A DNA stretch of 64,000 bases, taken from NCBI RefSeq assembly GCF_009914755.1, contig NC_060943.1. One strand, written 5' to 3'. The notes under the pieces were generated by a model. It was not told where the DNA came from, searched no databases, and was given only the letters and a program-made list of their open reading frames with translations. Below are positions 1 through 49,486 of this stretch, piece by piece. How positions within the stretch are numbered: position 1 is the first letter of the stretch; every line of letters begins with the position of its first letter. A program made the translations under genes and the position numbers. Origin of the DNA: the human T2T-CHM13v2.0 reference genome, Homo sapiens.

Positions 1-141
1 GATGTTTAACATCATCCTTGGCCTCTACTCACTAGATGCCGGTAGCCCCCTCCCAAAGGTGTGACAACCAAAAATGTCTCCAGGCATTATAAAATATCCT
101 CTGGGAAGGGGGCGCAAAATGTATTCCATTTGAGACCACTG
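1..141 (+). mobile_element. MER20-like DNA transposon fragment
   Basis: GGCCTCTACTCACTAGATGCC...GTGACAACCAAAAATGTCTCCAG...TTGAGACCACTG resembles the MER20 consensus. Confidence 0.7.
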
Positions 142-571
142 GGAGAGACCGGTAAGACAGTCTTGAGTGATGTTAAATGGAGACTTCTTGAGGCCCAGGT
201 CCAAGTCTGATGCTCCTCAAGTGCCTGGCAGCCAGCACAGGGCCTGGTACACAGGAGGCCTCGGGTAAATTCTGTAGAATGAATGTCCAGAATGCATTTA
301 ATACTAACCACCCTGGAAGACACTGCATAGCCTTCCAGACCCAGCTCAGGTGTCTTATACCCTGGGAAACCTTCCCGATTCTTGCAGCCAGATGCTTCCT
401 CCTCTGCCTCCATGACCTGTCACAGCCCCACACCTCTGGACTGTGAATGTCCAGGTCCCTGGGTGCTTCTGCCATTTGCTTCCAGCTGGGGCTTGGCACC
501 CACGGGGCTTCAGGAGACTGGCTGAATAAATGAATTAGTATGTAATACAAAAACAACAAATAAATAGAAAA

Positions 572-2487
<1,916 letters not shown>

Positions 2488-3454
2488 GCTGTTTTGATGG
2501 CTAGGAAGAGGAGGGCTGGGAAGTGTGTGGTGGGTTGGGAGCAGCGCCCGAGTGCCCTGAGAGCAGGAAGAAGGCTCAGGGGCTCAGTGTGCTCACTGGC
2601 CGGGCCGAGTGGGACTGGAAGGAAATCAGTGCGAGAACTCAGGCAGGAAGCGGAGAGCCCCGCTGCATGGCCCTGCCAGGCCACCAGTGCACTGAGTACT
2701 CAGCAGATGGTTCCTAGGCCTTGTGTGACCTAGGGTCAGACGCCTTGGTGTCTCTCTTGGAGGGCTGCACAGGGTGCGGAGAGAAGCTTGACAGCTGCAG
2801 TATCGGGTGATCTATGATGTGACTAAGGGCAGGCCGTAAAATTAGGTGGCATGTAGGGAAGGCTTCCTATAGGAGGGCACACCAGGATGGGTGTCGTAGT
2901 TTAGCTGGATTCCATCCGGGCCGGAATGGGTGTGTTCCAGCACATGCAGAGACCTGGATGTCTGGGCTTTGTCAGTTGAGAGGACCTATAGGTGCGGGCA
3001 TGGAGCAGGAGAGATGGACGGGGTGCAGGACTCGGAGGCCTCGGATGCTGGGCCGATGCCGGGCCGAGGGCCTGGGTTGGTTCCAGTCTTGATGGACACG
3101 GTTGGGCCTGTAGACGTTCATTCACTTAGCCTACATTTCCTGAGGCCTCACATGTGCCCCGCTGTGGTGGGCAAGCCTGGGGGTAAGAGAGGACTCAGAC
3201 CCCATCCCCGCCTGTGGGAGAGGTAGGATCAGAGACCACACTTCAGGGGGACAGGGCCCTCAAGACCCTCAGAGGGGTGCTCGGTCTCCACACACGTCCC
3301 CTGCAGCAAAGGTCAGCCTCTCACGACCACGTGACCGGAATAATGGTGGCAACCACAGCTGCCCTTGAGGAGAGGCCATCCCCGGGCCACAACCCATGTG
3401 GGACGGATGCTGCGACGCGACTGCAGATCAGGCGGAGGAGAAACGAGAGTCTGT

Positions 3455-3870
3455 GTGTGTTAGTTTCCCAGGCTGCCGTAGCAAAGTATGAGAAACTGGC
3501 CAGAAGAATGGAAATTGATGTCTCAGGGTTCTGGAGGCTGGAAGTCCAAAATCCAGGTGGTAGGGCCAGGCTGTCTCTGAAATCTTACAGGGGAAGGGCC
3601 CTTCTGCCTTTCCTGGTGCCTGCTGAGGCTGCATCACCCGTCCTCACATGGCCTCTCCCTGTGTCTCTCTGTGTCCTTGTGTCTTCCCTCTGTGTGTGTG
3701 TCCGTGTCCACGTTTCTCCTTTTCACAGACACCAGCCATAGTGGATTAGGGCCCGCAATTTAACTCGATTACCTGTGTAAAGATCTTTCCAAATTAGGTC
3801 ACCTTCTGAGGTACTGGGGCTTAGGACCTCAACCTGTCTTTTTGAAGGGGGCACACTTGAACCCATAAGA
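3455..3870. mobile_element. MLT1-type MaLR LTR
   Basis: TGTTAGTTTCCCAGGCTGCCGTAGCAAA...TTCTGGAGGCTGGAAGTCCAAAATC...TTCTGAGGTACTGGGGCTTAGGAC is typical of MLT1. Confidence 0.7.
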
Positions 3871-4085
3871 CTAGGAGGACAGAGGAGGCCCCCGTCTCTG
3901 GCTGGGAAGGTGAAGTGGGGCCAGGACTGATTTGGAGCAGACAGCCCAGAGAGGGGAGGGGACAGCAGGAGGCTGGGCATGGAGTCAGTCACTCCAGGGT
4001 TGGAGTCAGCACAGGATCCTAGGCTTGGGGTCCCCAGCCCTTTCCCATTCCCTCCCAGTCCTCATGATTAAAGACAACAAATGTC

Positions 4086-4452
<367 letters not shown>

Positions 4453-4569
4453 TCAGCAGGGTCCCCGTCATCCCAAGGTGCATAGCCCAGGATAGAGTGG
4501 GGGACAGCATGGGAGCAGGCTCTTCAAGCATAGCCTGGGGATGGGGATGATGGCAACCCTGGGGGCTGA

Positions 4570-13082
<8,513 letters not shown>

Positions 13083-13095
13083 ATCCCCAACACCC

Positions 13096-13101
13096 AATAA
13101 A
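13096..13101 (+). terminator. MED25 canonical polyadenylation signal
   Basis: AATAAA 13 nt after the stop codon, giving a very short 3'UTR. Confidence 0.9.
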
Positions 13102-14311
13102 GTTCCTTTTTAACACACGCCCCGGCTCCCGTCACTGACATCCCTCAGGACTGGGCAGGAGGAAACCCCAGGGGGCATCTCTGTCCTTGTTCTCACTTCA
13201 GCAGACATCCCTGGGGCCCTGGGTGAATGACGCTGGGGCCTCCGTGGTGAGTCACAGGCAGTCTGGTGCAACCTGATTCGTGGGAGATGCAGGGACAGGC
13301 AGGCAGCGCTCAGGACTCAAGCTCTCATGGAGGTGGCAGGGGCACCATGGGAGCCTGGAAGAGGCATCTGACCCAGCCCCAGCTCCTCAGAGTCTTGAAA
13401 GAGAATCAGCCGTCAGGCTGGGAGGGAAGGAGGTGAGGGGTGATCTGGGTGCAGAGGACAACAGAAACTTTGAATACTCAAAGGCAGGAGGAAGCCTGAG
13501 ACATTGAGAGGAGCAAGTTGATGGATGCTTTTGGAGCATGAGCATGTAGGGAGCTAGAGAGATGGGCAGGTGCAGAGTTTGAGGAGCTCGGATTCCAAAC
13601 TGAGCAGCCCATGGTTTGTCCTGGGGACACAGGAGAACCAGGAGGCTTTGAGCAGTGGGGCGGGCCTAGGCCAGCTCTGGATGTCAGAAAGACCCCTCTC
13701 AGCTGTAGAGCGTGATGAGGCCAGACAGGAGGCCAGGAAAGGTGAGGCTGGGTGGTGGCGGTGTCGGGGGCTGGGGTAGAGGTTCGCTCCCGGGGGCCAG
13801 GCCTACGTGATGGTAGGTGGTGGGGCTCCTGGGAGAAGGAGCTGGTAGTAAGTGCAGGTGGTCCAAGGGACATCCAGGTGACAGGTGCCATGTTGGGAGC
13901 TCAGGACGTGTCCTTAGGGGACAGTGTATGTTTGGCAGTTCAAGCCACAGAAGCAGACAAGATCGCACATGGAGAGAGGGCAGTCCCTGGGTCCATGTCA
14001 GAGACTGACCTTCCAGGGCTGTGGATGGGGAAGACGGTGGGTCTGTCCCCAGGATAGAATACCCAGCAGGGAACAGGTTTGGGACGTGGCAAGGTGAGGG
14101 ACCTGAAGGATGTCCTCAGAGACGTCCCGAGGGCAGGGGGATCCAGACAGGCTTGGAGCGCAGGGTGGTCTCTCCTGGAGGTGGTGAGTGAGTTGTCTGT
14201 TGTTGGACTCTGGACCAGTGTTGCTGAGAGCGCGGTCCATGCCTGGACCACCAGCATCCACATCATTTTGCATGCTGGTTAACGTACAGATTCACGGGCC
14301 CCACCCCAGGA

Positions 14312-16613
14312 GAGAGATTGCAATCTGGTGGCCTATGGGCCATCGTGCGGATGAGTTTTGTTTGGCCTTCCCTGTGTTAGCATATGTGGCATTTTTTTCT
14401 TACGAGTTAGTTGTAAAAATCAGGTTAATTCACACACACACACGCACACACACAAAATCTGCAGTCTTGGCTTCTTTTGACAAGTCAGAAGAATTGGCAC
14501 CCCTGGGCCCGCCCTTCTGCCTGGCAACAATGGGCTGGAGCTGCCCCTCTCCATGGGGCGTGTGCTTTCTGGTTCGCCACAGTCCCCACCACTCCCTCTT
14601 GGCTTCCCTGTGAGGCAGAGAGTCACTGCCTTTGTCACGGGGTTTGCACTGTGGTTGTTCTGTGGTAGCATTCAGAGGAAAGTGAAATCTTTCTTGTACC
14701 CATGTCTCTATCACAAGCGGCAAAACGAAAGAGAGAAGGAGAGGGCCGTGTGTTTCGAGAAAAATGGGAGCGAGCCTATTTCTTTGTGGAAGTGAAGAGC
14801 ATGCCTATGTGTTTAATATGCAAACAAATCGTGTCTGTGTTGAAAGAATACAACCTGAAACGCCACTATGAATCAAAGCATAGTAAGAGCTACGACCAGT
14901 ACACAGAACAGACTCGAGATGCCATCCTCAACGAACTGAAAAAGGGACTCAAATGTCAATAGGGTTTGTTTTGAAAAGCGAATTAACAGAAGTGGCGCGG
15001 CAGTGGTACGCCGTTCCGGAATCACGTGAGAAGAATGACCTGGGCATTCAGAGCTACAGCAGATGGCAAGTTTATAAAGGAGCAGAGTGACGTGTCCTGC
15101 ACAGAAACACATGACTGTTGAGACCGTTATTTAAGTCTAACGGGCATTTGCGTTGCACAGTGAGTTGGAGATAACTCGGGGGATTTACAAGTCCAGTTGC
15201 TTGAAAGAGTCAAATTGATTGTGGCCTTTTCTTTCGCTGCTCATAAACTATTACCACCCAGTTAGCTTTATTTATTTGTGGTGTTAAGAATCTTGATGTG
15301 ACCGAAGAAGTCTGTGGCATGGTGCCAAGGCAGGCCCAACACTGGGAAAGGACTAATTTTTTTTGTATATTGAGAGAAAAGTTTCACATAGACTGGCCAG
15401 AGTTCCGAAGCACAACTACAGACAGCGTCATGACAGGGGGACTTGGCAGGACACCTTGATCCAAGGCGACAGCATTTGGCAAGGACACGGAAGTTGGGTC
15501 GTTGCATCCATCATCAGGAGTTGACTTGTTCTGAGCAACTGAACAGAACACACCGCGATGCTCTCGACACTTCCGCTCCTGGACTTCAGTCACGAGTGAG
15601 TTGATGGTGACTTGACCTGAGAGATTTCACAGAAGCTCTGTGACTTGGTTGTGGAAGAAATCTGAACTGTTCAAGTTAACCAACTTGGTTCATTTTAAAT
15701 CAGGCAAAAGCCACAGTGGGTTCCCCTGAGAAGGTTAGTCAAAGACTTCTGGTCAAGGTTATGACCGTTCTGAACACTGAATATTTCTCCGCAAGGATGT
15801 CCACAAACAGCTACTTGAATGTATGATGGTGTATGCTTGGTCCTGGGGAATCCACCGGCAAGGAAAAAAAACCTTTACTCTTTCCTGTGCTGCAGTCGGC
15901 TTTCAGAAATGAAAGAGGTGGCCCGGACTGTATTCACCTACGTCCTGGGGTTGAAGACCAAATTCCCCCAAAGGCTCTCGGAATCCAGACTCATGAGAAG
16001 GAACAGACATTGTCCAGTTTGCCTTTGTTGGCAGATGTTTCTTGTGTGAATGCAGACCATAAATAGTAATTGAACTACAGTGCAATACGGCGCTGGTTCC
16101 TAAATACAAGTCTGTGTGAAGATGGTGAGATTCTACAACTATCTCCAGTAGTTGTCCTGAATATCTGTGTTTGGGAGTACCCACGCTTGTGAACAGCTGT
16201 TTTCCGTTACGAACCTGAATCAAATTAAACATCGTTCCCAGTTGAAGGATTCAAGGCTGAATTCTAAACTGCCCGTCCCCACCGTGCCACCCGAGGCCTG
16301 ACACTGACATCTCGGTGTGGAAGGGAAGACGCCAGCCTTTTGGCTTCAACTCAAAGGCGCAAAAAGAATTATGAAAGAGAAAATTTTAATAATTAAATAT
16401 TTCTATTTTTCAATTTGTATTTTTTCAATTTTGAATTTAAAAATATAAACTCCAGTAACATCCATGTTTGTATTATGTTCCATGCATTCACCATAGTTGA
16501 GTAAAGATCCGATTTGATGATATTTCTGGCCGTCGACTTTTCTTATACCTGGCTAGTTCACTCATTTATGTGACCCGCCTGGCCCCTGTAGGCATGTGAG
16601 TTTCCGATCCCTG
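14312..16613 (+). mobile_element. Near full-length hAT-Charlie DNA transposon (Charlie8/MER102 family) with decayed transposase
   Basis: Left end GAGAGATTGCAATCTGGTGGCC and right end ...GGCCCCTGTAGGCATGTGAGTTTCCGATCCCTG resemble MER102/Charlie8 termini. Transposase motifs occur in order across shifting frames: zinc finger (14702-14962), IDWPEFRSTTTD (~15388), CIHHQE (15503-15520), LKTKFPQRLSE (~15950), IELQCNT (~16070), SVFGSTHACEQLFS (16164-16205). These resemble the GTF2IRD2 C-terminal Charlie8 region. Confidence 0.88.
14676..14962 (+). CDS. Transposase-derived NLS plus BED-like (GTF2IRD2/SPIN-DOC type) C2H2 zinc finger; candidate alternative terminal coding exon of MED25
   Basis: Open frame ...KRKREGEGRVFREKWERAYFFVEVKSMPMCLICKQIVSVLKEYNLKRHYESKH...KKGLKCQ*, with C-x2-C-x14-H-x4-H. 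The acceptor CATTCAG|AG (exon start 14676) is in phase 1, matching the MED25 exon 17 donor. Also has its own ATG at 14702. Confidence 0.6.
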
Positions 16614-16768
16614 CCCTGGAACTGTTGGATCCAGTGGGGGGAGGGCGGGGGTCTGGGAGTCGTGTGAGCAAGCTCTCTAGGCGATCCTCAGGAATGTGAG
16701 TGTGGAGCAGGAGGCACTGGTGACAGCGAAGAAGTGCAAGTGGGTGATTTCCCAGGCAGCCTGTGTAG

Positions 16769-16991
16769 CAGGGGTTTTTGAAAACTCAGATGGCTTCAGG
16801 GACCAGGCAGGTGATGAAAATGTGTGAAGCGGACGGGTGTAAGACAACAGGGAATGATGGGGACTGTGGCGAACTTGGAGAGTGCTTGCCCCGCCTAATG
16901 GCATTCAAATTGAAAACAAAAACACTGTGAGGACCAAACAAAATCTGCCTGTGGGTCTAATGAGGCCGCCAGGCCGCCATTTTGCGACTGG
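16769..16991 (-). mobile_element. MER102-like non-autonomous hAT element, inverted relative to the Charlie8 copy
   Basis: CAGGGGTTTTTGAAAACTCAGATGGCTTCAGGGACCAGGCAGG is reverse-complement-similar to 16560-16613. GGGGACTGTGGCGAAC is the reverse complement of GTTCGCCACAGTCCCC at ~14572. Confidence 0.75.
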
Positions 16992-17634
16992 AAGAAGGAG
17001 AAGACTCGAGAACAAGGACAGAACCCTGAGAAAGAGCCACGCGTAAGGGTTGGGCAGGGAGCCAGAAGACAGGAGAACCAGGCAAGTGTGGCGTTCTGGA
17101 AGCTGAGTGTTTGAGGAGGGAGCAATCGACTCTGTCAGAAGCCGCTGAGAGGAGCAGGAAGCAGCCTTCAGTGTTTCCACCAGGGTGGCCATGTCCCCCG
17201 GCAAGGGAAACGCAGGTTTGGATCAGAAACAAATTGGTTAAAAGGAAAGGTTTCCAGTCGCCAGTTTGGCCATCTCATGCCAGTGGCGCCCTCTTGACCT
17301 TAACACTCAAATTAGAGGAACCAGAGGGACTGTCGTGGCCTAATCACACGGTTTACAGGAGTGAACCGGGGCTTGCTTATTAATAGTAGCAGACCTGTTA
17401 GGGGTGAAAGAAAATGCCCACCCACCAGCTCCAAAGAGGAATTAGGAGAAAAAGGACACCTCAAAAGGGGTGTTAAGAATGTATTTGTTTCAAGGTACGC
17501 AAAACACTAACATATTTTCTCACCATCTTGGCATTTAAAAAAAAATTAACTTTTAAAATGTATTAAGTTACACACACTAGAACAGTTTCCTAAAATGAAA
17601 GGCCACTGAAATGTGTGGAATAAAAAGGAGGCCC

Positions 17635-24999
<7,365 letters not shown>

Positions 25000-27018
25000 A
25001 TGTTTTTCTTTTAACAACTCCCTTTTAGTCTTTCCAAAGCAAGCAATCTGGTTTGTGTATAAACAACTGTCTTGCATTAATTTCATTAGTTTGATAGTAA
25101 ATTAAACAAGAACTTCTGGCATAAACAGGTTTGGATCAAACAGCTACCTTTCAGGAAGTAAACAGCTTGAGAGATGGAAGTGGAATTGCTTAGTCATAAT
25201 AGTAGCCTGCTAGCCCCAGCAGTGGGCTTCACAGATGAAAAGGAAAGTGTCTTTCAAGTTGGTGGACCGAGTTAAGTGAGATGGTTTCAGAGAGTTTTGT
25301 TGCAGTATTACTGATAGAATTTCAGCCTACATTTTCATTTCACTTTCTGACATGAGTTCCCATTTTGCTCACTCTGGAGTACACCCTGGTATACCGCTCT
25401 CCATGCTTATACAATTCAGGGCATTCAAACTCACGTGTGTCCTGATGGGTTCTGAGGGATGGGAAGGCATTAACAGGTAGAGAACAGGAAGGATGGGAGA
25501 GAGATTTTTTGGGGGGCGGCAGCAGGGGCCACAGTACCAAGTTTGGATTTAATTCTAAAGGCACTGGGAAGCCATTGGATGGTTTTGATTATTGTAGTGA
25601 CAGAGAAGGCAGCAAGAGTTAGGAGACGTCACCCAGGCAAGAGATCTTGATGGTTTGGACCAACAAGAATGGGGAGAAGTGAGGATTCCGGGAGATTAAA
25701 GCAGCTCCTGTTTTTTCTCCTTCCTGCTGCCAGGTTGTCCTCACATGGGTGATTGACAGGGCATTGGAGGTACCTGTTGATAACTAACTTGCAGTTTGTG
25801 TTCAGGGAGCACTGACTCCGTTTGGCCACAATGCAGGTTGGATTTGGGGTTTAAGGCTGGGCTCCAGTCAGCCCTCGGGAGCCCCTGGGCAGGAAAACAT
25901 GGACAGGCCTACGGGTTCTTCTGCCATTTCACTGGCCACTCCTCCGTGTCCTTTGCTGGTTGCTTCTCATTGTCGTGACTGCTAAAGGGATGAGTGTCCC
26001 AGTCTCTTTGTGAGCTCATCCAGTCTCCATTCAAACACTGATGACTCCCGAATTTCTCTCTCCAGGCTATGACATCAATATCTATCTACATTGTTTAGTC
26101 AACATCCGAAACAGAAGTAGGGACTCCGTCTCTAACCTCCTACAGCTGTGTCTATTTCTCCTCTCTACCTTCACTCGACTCCGCCCACACTGGCTCCCTT
26201 TTATTCCTTCTACTTTCAGGATTTGTCTTTGCTGTTCTGTCCTCTTTGCACACTTTTCCAGCCATCTGGAATGGCAGGTTGCTCACAGGTCGTTTTCTTG
26301 ACTTCCCTTGCTTGCTAACTTTACCTCGCTATGGTCATATCCCATCGCCCTGTGGATGTGCGCTAGTTAACACTTAGCACAGCCTGTGATTATGTCTCTC
26401 CCCAGTGGACCGTGGGGCCTGTGAGGGACGTGGTCTGATTCGGTCGTCGCCGAGCACAGAACTGGACAGGGTACTCATAACAGATTTTTGTTGTTGTTTT
26501 TAAAGAAAAGCTAACATTTGAGTAGTGACTGCGCCAAGCAGTCAAGCACAGCCCCTCGGGCTCGATCCCCATAACCACTCTAGGGTTAGGTATTACCCAC
26601 GTTTAAGGAACAAAAATCGAGGGAAAAATCTTATACAACTACTAGTAAGTAGTCATTCCATTTTAGCAGAGCGAATGAGCGAATCCACGGAAGGCCGGGG
26701 AGCGACGTGAGTGGCGAGAAGCTTGGAGTCGCCAGGGACGGCGGGCGGAGCCTGGGCGCCGGGGCTAATGGGCGGAGCCTCCAGGGACAGCTGGCCCCGC
26801 CCAGGCCGCGCGGGGCCCGCTGGGAGTTGGAGTCCCTTGCCCACCTCGCCACGTCACCGACTGCAAACCTTCAGCTGTCTCAGGCTCGGGTGCAATCCGT
26901 ACCCTCAGTGGGTTCCCTTTCAGTGGGTTCCTTTGTCCCCAGGCCCATTATTCCGTCCTCCCCTCTTCCCTGATGTATTTTGGCGCGGTCTCCTGGCTCT
27001 GCGGGCCCAGGGCTCCGG

Positions 27019-27093
27019 ATGAGGTCTCCCGCCGTCCCGACCCCCGCAAGGGGCCAGCTTGGTGTCGCCTTCGTTCTTCTGCCACCCCATTCG
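27019..27093 (+). CDS. PTOV1: Probable alternative first coding exon of PTOV1 (MRSPAVPTPARGQLGVAFVLLPPHS)
   Basis: ATG at 27019, 75 nt, phase-0 donor TCG|GTAGGG compatible with exon 2. Would give a 384-aa isoform. Confidence 0.45.
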
Positions 27094-27466
27094 GTAGGGG
27101 CTCCCGTTCCCGCCACGCCCCCTGAAGTTGTGGCTCGCGCGTCTTCCCAGGACTCCCCCGCGCCGGAGAGGCCCGCAGGACCGCCGAGCCCACACTCCGC
27201 TCCCGCCCGGGCCCCGCTCCCCCGCGCCGCCTTGGTACGCTCCGGCCACGCCCCCTCGGACGCGCTTGGTACGCGCCGGGCTCCCCCGCTCGCCTCAGTG
27301 GTTCGGCCGCGGCGACCCCACTCCGGCGGCGCGTCCCCCGAGCTTGGTACGGCTCAGCCCGTCTCCCCCGAAGCCGCGCGCCCGCGCCCGCGCCCCTCAG
27401 TCGGTGGAGCCCGCAGCCCCCCTTGTGGCCCGCGGCAGCTCCCCGCCCGCTCGGCCCGCGCCCGCC

Positions 27467-36416
<8,950 letters not shown>

Positions 36417-36857
36417 TGGTTACCCCGGGCTGGGCCCCTCCAGGAGTCACAGATGAGGCCCCCGCAGAGACTGGTGAGTGGTGACCCTGTCATGTACAGG
36501 AGGGACCCTGGGGCATGTGGGGGGGGTGGGGTTGGGAAAGAAGCAGGGCGACCTTGGCCTTGGGGAGAGCAGAGCAGAGGGAGAGGCAGCAGTCCCAGCG
36601 GTCCTAGGCTGTCGGGAAACTGCAGCCCAGCCTCAGGGCCATGGGAGGTGGTATCCAGGCCTGGGTGGGGCCAGGCCTCTGCTCACAGGGATGTGGGGTC
36701 AGTGCTTGGGAGCCTGTGGCCAGCAGCCCCCACTGCACCCCTGCCCCCAGGTGACACGCTTCTGAGCAGGGGCCCCTGGGGACTTCAACTGCCCAGCAAC
36801 ATGGAGGATGGTGTCCTGAGGCCTCCAAGGACGGTCCCCACCCCTCTACGTTTCCCC

Positions 36858-36863
36858 AATAAA
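36858..36863 (+). terminator. PTOV1 polyadenylation signal
   Basis: AATAAA in the terminal exon that follows a 3'UTR intron (36474-36750). Confidence 0.88.
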
Positions 36864-37356
36864 GCCTTTTAAAAACCTGCCTGCCTTCTCTGCTCACTGC
36901 CCGATGCCTTGCAGCCCCCTAGCTCTAAGGTGGCCCAGCAGGCTGGACAGCCCGGGAACTCACTGGGTCTGGCTCTCGGCTGTCCACACCCTCTTCCCCC
37001 CCGAATCTCCAGACCCGCAGGCCTTGGGTTCAAGTTCAGTGTCACAGAACCTGAGCTGGATTTTGTCCTCAGGGGTCACACCTGGCCTTGAGCCAGCCCC
37101 TCGGTTGAGGCTCGTGGGCTCACCAGCTGGCTCTCGGGGGGCCACACAGCGCCCTCCCTGTGTGTTCCCCGGCTAATGTCTAAAGTGCTCATGCCAGGTC
37201 CCAGCTGGACTCCCCTCGGTAGGGCCCCACCTTTTGTTACCTGAAAATGTCCTTAAAGCCTCCTCCATGTAAGAAACTGGCAGGCCTGGAGCCCCTCCCC
37301 CGTGGGGACCACCCTCCTTCCAGCAAAATGCCGGCCAAGCTCAAGGAGAAACAGCG

Positions 37357-37362
37357 TTTATT
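37357..37362 (-). terminator. PNKP polyadenylation signal
   Basis: TTTATT on + (AATAAA on -), 22 nt after the stop codon. Confidence 0.88.
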
Positions 37363-37384
37363 GTGGAGGGGAGCTGGGCGGGGC

Positions 37385-45075
<7,691 letters not shown>

Positions 45076-45196
45076 AATGGGCACAGTAATTCCAACCCCC
45101 AGCTATTCACTGATAATCAGACGCTGCCATTCGGTTTCAGAAAATGTTGAATGAACACTCACAACACACTTCACATTTATCTCAGAGGTAAAACTC

Positions 45197-45202
45197 TTTA
45201 AT
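45197..45202 (-). terminator. Probable AKT1S1 polyadenylation signal (ATTAAA)
   Basis: TTTAAT on +, ~850 nt after the stop, followed on - by GT-rich sequence. Confidence 0.6.
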
Positions 45203-46053
45203 CTCAGAGCGCCCCTCCCAACTGCCGATCCCCCAACCCCTCACTCTCTCCCCCACACCAGGGCCGGAGAGTGAGGGCCCCTGCCCCCCACCTTGGGTGG
45301 ACGAGGGCCCTTTAAGGCACCTGTGGAGGTGGGGGGCGAGGGGCGGGAGCTGGTACCATCCTGGATGCAGGGACGGGCTTCGATTGGCAGGCTGTTGTGG
45401 GGATGGATGGAACCAATGAAAGGGGGTGCCAGAGGCAGGGACAGTTTGGGGCCATCCCTGAGGGGGTCAGGGAACAAGTTGTCGGGACGTGGGCAAAGAC
45501 GACCCCAGTCCCCGTAGTGTAAAGAACGTAAATTGAAGGCCCCGGGCCAATTCTGGGAAGAGGAGGGCTTGGCCACGCCCCCAGGAAGCTGGAGCCAATT
45601 GGGAGGGAGAACTCAGGAAAAGCGGACGGTGACTATGTAGAGACTGGTCAAGCCCTTTACAGGATTTGAGCCAATCAAAAAAAGAGCTGTCCAGCGACTA
45701 GGGGATGGAGCCAATGCCGTGCGAGCAAATCCCTTGTCGCTAGGCGGAAAACAAAGGAGTTGACCCATTTAGAGCTTAGAACTCAGCGAGCCAATCCCTT
45801 AATAGAAGGAATCTGTCGCTAGGCGGAGAGAGACGACAGACCCAATCGGGAAACGGGACAGATGCCGCTCCTCGGCGCGGCAGGTCGTGGGCTGGAAGGA
45901 CGGCGGGGATTGGCAGAGGCGGGACAATCTTGGGAATGGGAGACGCAAGGAGGCCGGTCCCGGATCGGCCTCAGATTAGCAGGCCCCGGGAGTGGGGCGG
46001 GGGCGTAGTGTGGGACGGGGCGGACGCGGCCCGGGGCGCTCCCTCCCTGGACT

Positions 46054-49486
<3,433 letters not shown>

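Noticed and set aside
14963-16300. Active or full-length transposase
   Set aside because: Multiple stops, frameshifts and deletions; only motif fossils remain.
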